This document shows positions 36,201 through 45,015 of a stretch of DNA of 64,000 bases, one piece after another. The position numbers were made by a program, and so were the translations under genes. The notes beneath the pieces were generated by a model. That model was not told the DNA's origin. It saw nothing but the letters and a program-made list of their open reading frames with translations, and made no database searches. This DNA comes from Gammaproteobacteria bacterium (GTDB lineage: Bacteria > Pseudomonadota > Gammaproteobacteria > CBDBNL01 > JAAOII01): contig OZ244039.1 in NCBI GenBank assembly GCA_965215225.1, forward strand, positions 111,771-175,770, in the 5' to 3' direction. Every line of letters begins with the position of its first letter. Within the stretch, counting starts at the first letter, position 1.

Positions 36201-37056
36201 TAAAAACATAAGTTTGATTCTTTACTAAGGATTTATCAGATAAAGAATAGTTTGTTCTTTGATTTATTAGCTTAAACAATTCTGGTGATCCTTTATATAG
36301 ATGCATCATAATAAAGTAGTTCCAGTGCGAATTAGTGTCATTAAAACGATCATTAAGACTTATTAGAGGCTTATTCTTATAAGTTATGCCTTTGTTAGTG
36401 TCACTATTAATTCGTAAGAGGTCATGAATCACCACTCTTGATTCATGAGAATATACATTTGCCCGCCATCTTAGCCTTAAGTTATAATTTGGCGAAAAAT
36501 GGAATAGGGTAAAATATTTGGCAACATCACTTAAGCAAATTTGTTCTATAAAAGGGGAGGAACCTTTTGCCATTGCATTTCTCCACCAGTGAGGGAATTC
36601 CTTATTGTTAACAAAAATCCATGCACCACTATATTTGCCATATATATTAATCTCGCGTAGAGGACGCCTTGGTGTCAGACCCAGATCTTTGCTATCATCA
36701 ACCAAGCCAAGAGGAGAAGTGATGACGACATCCGCATCCATGTATAGGCTATTGGGATGGTGTTTTAAAGCTTGCTCAATAATAATAGATTTTTGACTTA
36801 GGAACTCTATTGCTTCTGGAACACTTAGTAACTTCCAATTTTTATTTCCATATTTTTCTAATCCCAAGGTTATAGTGATATTTGTTGGTAAACCAGTCTC
36901 TTGTTCTAGTCTCTTCCTCACTATTGATTGAGCCGAGATAAAAATCGGCATGTCTGGGTGAAATACTACAATAGAACGGAGCAACAAGAGCAGCTCATCA
37001 TAGAACGGAAAGCTAGCCATGGTGGCGATAGAACGAATGTTAGTAGTTTTTGTCAT
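36201..37056 (-). pseudogene. N-terminal ~285 codons of a DXD-motif glycosyltransferase-like gene interrupted by IS30 copy 2. Removing the IS and one TSD restores an in-frame gene (...KNQTYVF-T-IQLNKS...).
   Basis: ORF 36148-37056 runs into the IS IR. Paralogous to 39661-40830 (YMDADVVITSPLG vs FMDSDVTIASPLG). Confidence 0.75.
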
Positions 37057-37106
37057 AAAGCTTTAATTAATGTAGATAATGCGCAAATAATCCACTCTCC
37101 ATTAAA

Positions 37107-38111
37107 TTATTTGCTCTCACCTGTGTCCTCCTCTTTTTTAGGTCTCAACCATTTCACCCAAATATAATGCAGTTGCAGTCCGATAAATACAGAAATAGGA
37201 TAGATGAAAAGGAATATTATGGCCCTTCTGCTCATAAATCTTCTATCCCAGAAAGATTTAACCAAAAACACAAGCCGTCTCTGGTAAGCCCTTAAAGTAT
37301 CCAAGACTGAATTCTTCACACTATTGGCATGTCTTGCTCGAGCTACCTCTTCATCATAAAGAGGATTTAGAATACTCACCTTTCCACCCTCTTCAAAATC
37401 ATACCCCAACAGACTTAAATCATCCGCATAGATTTCTTCTACCAGCCGTCTTGTGGGCTTGTCATAATAGTCACTATAATGCCTTTTTTTACCTTCCCCT
37501 ACTCTTCGGCTTAAGGAAACATTGCCTTTGGGTAGATCATGATTGGGCGCACCTAGTATATTCATCACGCAGCGCAAATCTTTCTCTAGGGTTTCATATC
37601 TCCCAATGAAAGAACAGGGGGCACTGTTGCATCGCTTGACACCAAAATAGTACTCAGGGTTATAATCCAACAAAAAATCTTTTTGGTATCTACAATGATG
37701 GCCTTCATACCAAAGGTCACAAAGAGGCACCCTATGAGGCCCCATCTCTCTATCTGAAGAAAGAGAAGTAGATGACCGATAGATTAATAGATCCTTAACA
37801 AGCTCCGCATACTCCCTTAGACTATGATTGCGCATAGGGTTCCTTTTAAACTCTTTCCTGTTAGGATCAAATCGATGCAACCAAGCAGAGACAAACTTGT
37901 CAAATGGATTACGGACAAAAATAAAAGTGAAATAGGTCGGAACCATATTAATACAGTGTGGAAGTCTATCCAAATAATTGCCCAGATAGCGGTGGCCTAA
38001 CGAAGATTCTGTAGAATGCCCCTTCACAAAAAAACGGAAATAATTATCCAGACTAGAGCTGGCAACCTTAGGGTGGTTAATATATATATATCTATATTTA
38101 TAAGATATCAT
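37107..38111 (-). CDS. Carbohydrate sulfotransferase-like protein, paralogue 2.
   Basis: MISYKYRYIYINHPKVASSSL...FVRNPFDKFVSAWLHRF. C-terminal hydrophobic helix IIFLFIYPISVFIGL. Confidence 0.6.
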   Translation of the reverse strand: MISYKYRYIYINHPKVASSSLDNYFRFFVKGHSTESSLGHRYLGNYLDRLPHCINMVPTYFTFIFVRNPFDKFVSAWLHRFDPNRKEFKRNPMRNHSLREYAELVKDLLIYRSSTSLSSDREMGPHRVPLCDLWYEGHHCRYQKDFLLDYNPEYYFGVKRCNSAPCSFIGRYETLEKDLRCVMNILGAPNHDLPKGNVSLSRRVGEGKKRHYSDYYDKPTRRLVEEIYADDLSLLGYDFEEGGKVSILNPLYDEEVARARHANSVKNSVLDTLRAYQRRLVFLVKSFWDRRFMSRRAIIFLFIYPISVFIGLQLHYIWVKWLRPKKEEDTGESK

Positions 38112-38153
38112 CTGATCCTTTCCCTAATAAATCCCTCATTGAATCCTACTAGC

Positions 38154-39131
38154 TTACCCCATTAGCCAGCGTTTTATGTCACGACAAATGTCATACAAAC
38201 CGATAAATGTAAGAAGCGGCAAAACAAAAAAGAACTTAATAACCCTTCTGCTGATAAATTTTCTATCCCAGAAAGACTTAACCCAAAACATAGACCGCCG
38301 TTGGTAAGCCCTTACAGCATCGAAGACTGAATTCTTCATGCTATTGGCATGTCTTGCCCGAGCCACCTCCTCATCATAAAGAGGATTTAAAACGCTCAGC
38401 TTCCCAGCCTCTTCAAAATCATAACCTAATAGATTCAGATCATCCGCATAGATTTCTTCTACCAGCCGTCTTGTCGGTTTGTCATAATAGTCACTATAAT
38501 GTCTCTTTTTACCCCCATCCACTATTCGGCTTAAGGAAACATTATGCTTGGGTAGCTTGTAGTATGGCGCGCCTAGTATATTCATCACGCAACGCAAATC
38601 TTTCTCTAGGTTCTCATATCTCCCAATAAAAGAACAGGGGGCATTGTTACATCTTTTAACATCATAATAGTACTCGGGGTTATAATTCAACAATAAATCC
38701 TTTTGTCTCCCCAAATGAAGTCTTTCATACGGAAGATCGCAAAAAGGTACTCTATGAGGCCCCATTTCTTTGTCTGGAGGAAAAGAGGGAACTGGCGAAC
38801 TATTCAATAGATCCTTAGTAAGTTCCGCATACTCCCTTAGGCTATGATTAGGTATAGGGTGATCTTGAAATCCTTTTCTATTAGGGTCAAGTCGAGGCGC
38901 CCAAGTAGCAACAAATCTATCAAATGGATTGCGAACGAAAACAAAAGTAAAGTAGGTTGGAAACATATTAATACAGTGAGGAAGCCTAGCCTGATAATAG
39001 CCGTGATAATAGCGGCCTAAGGGGCGTACTATCTCATGCCCTGCCAAAAAATCCTTGACATAAGCCCTCAGACTAGTGCTAGCAACCTTACCATTGCGAA
39101 TAAGTATACATCTATATTTATAAGATATCAT
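38154..39131 (-). CDS. Carbohydrate sulfotransferase-like protein, paralogue 3.
   Basis: MISYKYRCILIRNGKVASTSL...FVRNPFDRFVATWAPRL. C-terminal FFFVLPLLTFIGLYDI. Confidence 0.6.
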   Translation of the reverse strand: MISYKYRCILIRNGKVASTSLRAYVKDFLAGHEIVRPLGRYYHGYYQARLPHCINMFPTYFTFVFVRNPFDRFVATWAPRLDPNRKGFQDHPIPNHSLREYAELTKDLLNSSPVPSFPPDKEMGPHRVPFCDLPYERLHLGRQKDLLLNYNPEYYYDVKRCNNAPCSFIGRYENLEKDLRCVMNILGAPYYKLPKHNVSLSRIVDGGKKRHYSDYYDKPTRRLVEEIYADDLNLLGYDFEEAGKLSVLNPLYDEEVARARHANSMKNSVFDAVRAYQRRSMFWVKSFWDRKFISRRVIKFFFVLPLLTFIGLYDICRDIKRWLMG

Positions 39132-39184
39132 ATGATCCTTTCCTCATAAATACTTAAACATGAATTCCCGTCATAGGTGCAACC

Positions 39185-39360
39185 CGTTTAGATGGGATTA
39201 TATAATCCCATCTAAGATAACCAAAAGATAGGTCTCGGGTAAAAAGTATTATACCCATCTTTCAAAGAAAGAACAAGCAATGATAGAAAAAATGAGGAGA
39301 GAAGGAGGCATAGCTTGGCGCTTAGATCCTTGTCCTGCTACTATTAGCCGAGAAACTCAG
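39185..39360 (+). mobile_element. IS30-family left-end remnant. It is the same diverged subtype as 786-970 and shares the variant ...attagccgagaaactcag.
   Basis: gatgggattatataatcccatctaag...tttcaaagaaagaacaagcaatgatagaaaaaatgaggagagaagg... Confidence 0.6.
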
Positions 39361-39660
39361 TGGGATCAATTATAATGACAGGTGCTGCGCTCTAAGTGTT
39401 AATCCACCGCGCGTCATCCACATTAATTAAGGGAACTACATAGTATCTTCCACAAATCCATAAATCCCCTTATTCCACTCTCTTTTTGATGAGTGTCTGT
39501 AAAAGAAAATCTGTGAAGCTGTTAAACTTCGCTTCCTTTATTGGCGGAAGGTCTGACCGTAAATAGTCTCACTTTTTATGACTTCTCCGCTTCGGGGCTT
39601 TCTTTTTCACAATATTTTCTTTTGTGGAAGATTGGATATAATTCCCTTAATTAAAGCTTC

Positions 39661-40830
39661 ATGACAGAAAATACTAACATCCGTTCCATCGCCACCATGG
39701 CTAGCTTACCAGTCTATGATGAGTTGGTCTTGTTGCTCCGTTCTATTAAAGTGTTTCATCCAAACATACCGATTTTTATCTCAGCCCAATCAACGGTGAA
39801 GAAGAGGCTAGAACAAGAAACCGGGCTGCCCGCAAACATCACTATAACCTTGGGATTAGAAAAATATGGAAACAAAAATTGGAGGGTATTAAGTGTCCCA
39901 GAAGCAATAGAGTTCCTAAGTCAAAAATCTATTATCATTGAACAAGCTTTAAAGCACCATCCCAATAGCCTATTTATGGATTCGGATGTCACCATTGCTT
40001 CTCCCCTTGGCTTGATTGATGATAGCAAAGATCTGGGTCTGACACCAGCTGTTCCAGAGCTCATTACCAAATTCGGCAAGTATAATACCGGGTGGGTCTT
40101 CGTTAACAACAAGGAGTTTCCTCACTGGTGGAAAAATGCAATGGCAAAAGGTTCTTCCCCTTTTATAGAACAACTTTGCTTAAATAATGCTGCCAAATAT
40201 TTTGACCTGTTCCACTTCCCACCAAATTATAATTTTTCTCCCAATAAGCAGCTAAGCCATTCTGGTAATAAGCCAAGAGTACAGCTCCATCGTTTTTTAC
40301 GAATTAACAGTGATACTGACAAAGGCATAACCTATGAGGATAAGCCTCTTATAAGTTTTCACCATCGTTTTAATGGCATTAATTCGCCCTGGGACCATTT
40401 TATTATGATGCATCTGTATAAAGGATCACCAGAGTTGTTTAAGCTAATAAATTCGAGCACAAACTATTCTTTATCTGATAGATCCTTAGCAAAGAATGAG
40501 ACCTATGTTATTTTCGCTATTCCACTAAATAAGTATGTGATTAGAGCCATAGGAAAAAATATACTATTTCTTTACTTATACACTAGATCCACCAAGACTA
40601 ATATAAGAAGATACTACTATAAACTAGTTCAAAGAATAGTACTCATCATACTCTACCCTTACTACCTAATAAATGAAGGGATATACTTCTATCATGCTGC
40701 CAATCGCCTTACCAATAGAAAACTTAGTCGGCAAACGCTTATTAAAATCCTAGGGCAAGCATTCTATCATTTTAGTAAAGGAAAACTTCAAAGGCTATTT
40801 TCGTATTTTGGGGCAAGAACTCCAAGATAA
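39661..40830 (+). CDS. DXD-motif (GT-A-like) putative glycosyltransferase, intact paralogue (389 aa) with a C-terminal hydrophobic domain.
   Basis: FMDSDVTIASPLG (DXD), WVFVNNKEFPHWW. C-terminal RIVLIILYPYYLINEGIYFYHAANRL. Fold and family assignment tentative. Confidence 0.4.
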   Translation: MTENTNIRSIATMASLPVYDELVLLLRSIKVFHPNIPIFISAQSTVKKRLEQETGLPANITITLGLEKYGNKNWRVLSVPEAIEFLSQKSIIIEQALKHHPNSLFMDSDVTIASPLGLIDDSKDLGLTPAVPELITKFGKYNTGWVFVNNKEFPHWWKNAMAKGSSPFIEQLCLNNAAKYFDLFHFPPNYNFSPNKQLSHSGNKPRVQLHRFLRINSDTDKGITYEDKPLISFHHRFNGINSPWDHFIMMHLYKGSPELFKLINSSTNYSLSDRSLAKNETYVIFAIPLNKYVIRAIGKNILFLYLYTRSTKTNIRRYYYKLVQRIVLIILYPYYLINEGIYFYHAANRLTNRKLSRQTLIKILGQAFYHFSKGKLQRLFSYFGARTPR

Positions 40831-40842
40831 TCCTTAGGGCGG

Positions 40843-40930
40843 TTTCGGGTAAAAGAGCATTGTATACACCTTTCAGAGAAAGAACGATATATGGTAGAAG
40901 AAATCAAAAAAGACGGAGTAGCTTGGCGAA
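40843..40930 (+). mobile_element. Short IS30-family left-region remnant lacking the IR.
   Basis: ggtttcgggtaaaagagcattgtatacacctttcagagaaagaacgatatatggtagaagaaatcaaaaaagacgg parallels 39231-39300. Confidence 0.45.
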
Positions 40931-40934
40931 AGAT

Positions 40935-41075
40935 TACACAGAGGACTTTCTTTAAACTCTTCGGGTCAGATAGATTCAACCAAGAAGAAACAAACTTATC
41001 AAATGGATTACGGACATAAAGACCCAGACTAGAGCTAGCAACCCTATTTATAAGATATCATTTGATCCTTTCCTT
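40935..41075 (-). pseudogene. Heavily deleted sixth sulfotransferase paralogue. Only the 5' end and promoter-proximal region are retained.
   Basis: ...ttcaaccaagaagaaacaaacttatcaaatggattacggaca...ctagagctagcaaccctatttataagatatcatttgatcc matches the 5' ~140 bp of the other paralogues (atatttataagatatcat = MISYKY start). Confidence 0.5.
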
Positions 41076-41083
41076 GAGATACC

Positions 41084-42079
41084 TCATTGAATCCTATTAG
41101 TCTGACCTCTTAAATATTGTCTCACTCTATAGGCAATGTCATACAACCCGAAAAACGTAAGAGCCGGAAAAACAGAACAGAACTTAATAACCCTTCCACT
41201 GATAAGTTTTCTATCCCAGAAAGATTTAACCAAAAAGATAAGCCGCCGTTGGCAAGCCATTAAAGTATCCAAGACTGAACCCTTCATACTATTGGCATAT
41301 CTTGTCCGAGCTACCTCCTCATTATAAAGAGGATTTAAAACGCTCAACTTCCCAGCCTCTTCAAAATCATAACCCAATAGCTCCAAATCATCCGCATAGA
41401 TTTCTTCTACCAGCCGTCTTGTGGGCTTGTCATAATAGTCCCTATAATGTCTCTTCTCATTTTCCTTTGCTCTGCGGCTTAAGGAAACATTGTCTTTGAA
41501 CAATTTATATTGGGGCGCACCTAGTATATTCATCACGCAGCGCAAATCTTCCTCTAGGGTTTCATATCTCCCAATGAAAGAACAGGGGGCGCTGTTGCAT
41601 CGCTTGACACCAAAATAGTACTCAGGGTTATAATCCAACAAAAAATCTTTTTGGTATCTACAATGATGGCCTTCATACCAAAGGTCACAAAGAGGCACCC
41701 TATGAGGCCCCATTTCTCTATCTGAAGAAAGAGAAGTAGATGACCAATAGATTAATAGATCCTTAACAAGCTCCGCATACTCCTTTAGACTATGATTGCG
41801 CATTGGGCTCTCTTTAAACTCTTTCCTGTTAGGATCAAATCGATGCAACCAAGCAGAGACAAACTTGTCAAATGGATTACGGACAAAAGCAAAAGTGAAA
41901 TAGGTGGGAAACATATTAATGCAGCGAGGAAGCCTATCAAGATGAGCAGCTATGTAGGAGAGGTCTAAATAGGGTTGCATAGGATGCCCTCCCAAAAAAT
42001 TCCCGAAATAGTTTCTTATGCTAGTGCTGGCATTCTTAGGAATGCGAACATATATACATCTATATTTATAAGATATCAT
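41084..42079 (-). CDS. Carbohydrate sulfotransferase-like protein, paralogue 4.
   Basis: MISYKYRCIYVRIPKNASTSI...FVRNPFDKFVSAWLHRF. C-terminal VFPALTFFGLYDIAYR. Confidence 0.6.
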   Translation of the reverse strand: MISYKYRCIYVRIPKNASTSIRNYFGNFLGGHPMQPYLDLSYIAAHLDRLPRCINMFPTYFTFAFVRNPFDKFVSAWLHRFDPNRKEFKESPMRNHSLKEYAELVKDLLIYWSSTSLSSDREMGPHRVPLCDLWYEGHHCRYQKDFLLDYNPEYYFGVKRCNSAPCSFIGRYETLEEDLRCVMNILGAPQYKLFKDNVSLSRRAKENEKRHYRDYYDKPTRRLVEEIYADDLELLGYDFEEAGKLSVLNPLYNEEVARTRYANSMKGSVLDTLMACQRRLIFLVKSFWDRKLISGRVIKFCSVFPALTFFGLYDIAYRVRQYLRGQTNRIQ

Positions 42080-42116
42080 CTGACCCTTTCCTTTAAATAC
42101 TTAAATAGAAAACTCC

Positions 42117-43112
42117 TCATTGAATCCTACCAGTCCGACCTTTTAGATATCGTCTCATTCTATAGGCAATGTCATGCAAGCCGACAAATGTAAGAAGCGG
42201 CAAAATAAAAAAGAACTTAATAACCCTGCTGCTGATAAATTTTCTATCCCAGAAAGACTTAACGAAAAAGATAGACCGCCATTGGCAAGCCTTTAAAGCA
42301 TCCAAGACTGAGTTCTTCATACTATGGGCATATCTTGCCCGAGCCACCTCCTCATCATAAAGAGGACTTAGACCGCTTGGCTTGCCAGCCTCTTCAAAAT
42401 CATACCCAAATAGTTCCAAATCATCTGCATAGATATCCTCTACCAACCGTCTTGTTGGCTTGTCATAATAGTCACTATAATGCCTCTTTTTACCTTCTCT
42501 TACTCTTCGGTTTAAAGAAATATTGGCCTTGGGTAGCTTATGATTGGGCGAACCTAGTATATCCAGCAAGCAGCTAAAATCCCTCTCTAGGTTTTCATAT
42601 CTCCCAATGAAAGAACAAGGAGCCTTGGTGCATTGCTTGACATCATGATAGGAGTTGAGATCATGAACCAACAAAAAATCCTTTTGGCGGATAAAATGAT
42701 GCCTTTCAAATTTAAGGTCAAGAAAAGGCATCTTGTGGGGTCCTATTTCTTTATCCGAAGGAAAGGAAATAGACGACTGATAGATTAATAGCTCCTTAGC
42801 AAGCTCCGCATACTCCCTTAGACTATGATTATATCTAGGTGTTTGATTAAATGGCCACCTAGTAGTATCAAATCGATGCAACCAGGTAGAAACAAATCTA
42901 TCGAATGGATTGCGAACAAATGTAAAAGTGAAATAAGTAGGGAACATATTAATACAATGCGGAAGTCTATCAAGATAAGCGCCTACATAGGAGTGGCCTA
43001 AACAGATTTCTATATTATGTCCTGCCATGAAATTCTTGAAATATTCTCTTATGCTAATGCTGGCAGTCTTGGGATTGTGAATATATATACATCTATACTT
43101 ATAAGATATCAT
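42117..43112 (-). CDS. Carbohydrate sulfotransferase-like protein, paralogue 5.
   Basis: MISYKYRCIYIHNPKTASISI...FVRNPFDRFVSTWLHRF. C-terminal FFFILPLLTFVGLHDIAYR. Confidence 0.6.
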   Translation of the reverse strand: MISYKYRCIYIHNPKTASISIREYFKNFMAGHNIEICLGHSYVGAYLDRLPHCINMFPTYFTFTFVRNPFDRFVSTWLHRFDTTRWPFNQTPRYNHSLREYAELAKELLIYQSSISFPSDKEIGPHKMPFLDLKFERHHFIRQKDFLLVHDLNSYHDVKQCTKAPCSFIGRYENLERDFSCLLDILGSPNHKLPKANISLNRRVREGKKRHYSDYYDKPTRRLVEDIYADDLELFGYDFEEAGKPSGLSPLYDEEVARARYAHSMKNSVLDALKACQWRSIFFVKSFWDRKFISSRVIKFFFILPLLTFVGLHDIAYRMRRYLKGRTGRIQ

Positions 43113-43226
43113 CTGATAGTTTCCTTGCTAAAAAATGCGCCTTAGGGATTGTGAATAAATATTTATTATACTCCTTCAAGCAAAGTCAGCGCACCCAAAT
43201 CCGATGCTGTTGCCGCATTTCAATAA

Positions 43227-44825
43227 CTAAAAACTATATTCTAGCCCTATCCTCATTCCTATAGTTAAGCCGGCCGGTTCCAGTTCGCGATCACTGCCAG
43301 CTGGGGCATTCTCTCCATCCTCAGAGCGGGCTTGAGAAGCATAGACGAAATTGCTGAGATACTGAAACGCCTCCAACGAGACGCCATACTTCAACGAATC
43401 ATAAAAATCATTGGCATAATAAAGGCTCCCGCCAAAAGCAAAACTAAGAAAACCAGCTATAGCGCCGATAGTATGTTGTTGGCGAAGACCAAATTCACGC
43501 CCGACATTGAAGGCGGGAAGCACATTGCCAAAAGGTCCACCGTCTTCTTCCGGAAAGGCCGCATCCTGTAAGCCAATCGCCTTGTCTGCCCGCCGTCCGA
43601 AATAATCGAAATATATCAGATAGACATTAAAGAAGTTCCTATCACCATAGTAGTCAAACCCCCAGGCAACAATATACTGATCCGCCGCCACAGTCAAACG
43701 ATTATTATTATCCATCTGAATGAAATCGCGATAATCTCGTTGCGCTGGGCTCATCGCTGATTCAGTAATCGCTTCAAATCTTAAAGGAAAAGTGGCTGGC
43801 TCGGCTAGGATCTCAAACTTGATATTAAATCTATCAAGCGGAACTGATAGTTCAAAGCCATAGGCGAGCCTTCGCTCAATAGTCGGCAGGGTCTCACTAT
43901 AGAACCACTTCTCAACTTCCCCACCCCGCCCACCTTCACCGCCTCCCCCACCTCCAACGCTCCTCACTGTCCCCTCCCTAAGAATTGCCACATCACTGCC
44001 AAACACAAAGGCGTTATAGCCTTGATAAACAGTCCAACCATAAACTATCTTAGGGCTAGTATATATCAAGCGAAGCAAATACTGAGATTCGTCGGCCGGA
44101 ACATCCAGCCGAACCGCCACATTATCACCGCAGTCGCCAGCTTCATAGTCGTCATAGGTTTGGCAAGCTGGCTCTAGCAGCGGATTAAAATACTGCTCTG
44201 GGGATGCCTGGGCTACATCCAAAAGAGCATCACTAGTGAGAGAAGGAAAGTAAACCGTTTCAAGCAACCAGTTGCCGAAGGCAAAATCATTCCGCACTGC
44301 CAGCTGCGGCAGACGATAGTCTGCTTTATTGTAGGTAAGGCGAGTATTAGTAACATCCACTGGCAAGACAAAATCAACTGGCGAGAAGATATCAAATTGA
44401 CCTATAGTGATGGCTTGCCGCCCGAAGGCGAAATCCCAGTATTCAGTCGGTGCCAATTTAATATATGCCTCGCGCCATTCATTATCCATCACCTCAAAAG
44501 ACTGGGTCGGGCCAGGGTCGCCATCCTCGCCACGAGCCAGAGTCAGATCCACCTTTGAAGCATAGCCAATATATTCTGCCACCACTAGTCCGTCCCGCCA
44601 GTCCTCTTGATAGCGCAGCCGCAACTGGAGATTAGACCGACTGTTATCTGCATCGCCCAGACCGGCTTCACTGGCTATAAAATTACCGCCAAAATGCTTG
44701 GTCAGATAACTAGTTGGCCCTTCCTCTGCCTCCTCAATCACTATAAATGACAAGGTTTCATTTTCTGCCATCGAGAAAGATGACGACAAGAGAACAAATA
44801 TGCCAACAAAAGAACGACTTTTCAT
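43227..44825 (-). CDS. Putative outer-membrane beta-barrel protein (532 aa).
   Basis: Signal peptide MKSRSFVGIFVLLSSSFSMA-EN. Aromatic-rich alternating strands. C-terminal ...RIGLEYSF. Gly-rich loop GGGGGEGGRGGE. Confidence 0.5.
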   Translation of the reverse strand: MKSRSFVGIFVLLSSSFSMAENETLSFIVIEEAEEGPTSYLTKHFGGNFIASEAGLGDADNSRSNLQLRLRYQEDWRDGLVVAEYIGYASKVDLTLARGEDGDPGPTQSFEVMDNEWREAYIKLAPTEYWDFAFGRQAITIGQFDIFSPVDFVLPVDVTNTRLTYNKADYRLPQLAVRNDFAFGNWLLETVYFPSLTSDALLDVAQASPEQYFNPLLEPACQTYDDYEAGDCGDNVAVRLDVPADESQYLLRLIYTSPKIVYGWTVYQGYNAFVFGSDVAILREGTVRSVGGGGGGEGGRGGEVEKWFYSETLPTIERRLAYGFELSVPLDRFNIKFEILAEPATFPLRFEAITESAMSPAQRDYRDFIQMDNNNRLTVAADQYIVAWGFDYYGDRNFFNVYLIYFDYFGRRADKAIGLQDAAFPEEDGGPFGNVLPAFNVGREFGLRQQHTIGAIAGFLSFAFGGSLYYANDFYDSLKYGVSLEAFQYLSNFVYASQARSEDGENAPAGSDRELEPAGLTIGMRIGLEYSF

Positions 44826-44897
44826 TATCTTAATAAGAATATCAAATACAAAAGGAGTTGTGACTCATTATAATTCAACAAAATGAGCGGGGATTAA

Positions 44898-44975
44898 AAC
44901 AAGGAAACAGAGGAAACAAGAAAGCAAAGGAAACAAGGAAACAAGAAAACAAAGAAAACAGAAAGAGAATGAAAC
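44898..44975. repeat. Octanucleotide (GGAAACAA/GAAAACAA)n tract, ~10 units, 70-150 bp upstream of the OMP gene start.
   Basis: Direct reading: aacaaggaaacagaggaaacaagaaagcaaaggaaacaaggaaacaagaaaacaaagaaaacagaaagag. Confidence 0.8.
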
Positions 44976-45015
44976 CCACTATAATTACTTTATTATGACA
45001 AACCGAAAAGAACCA

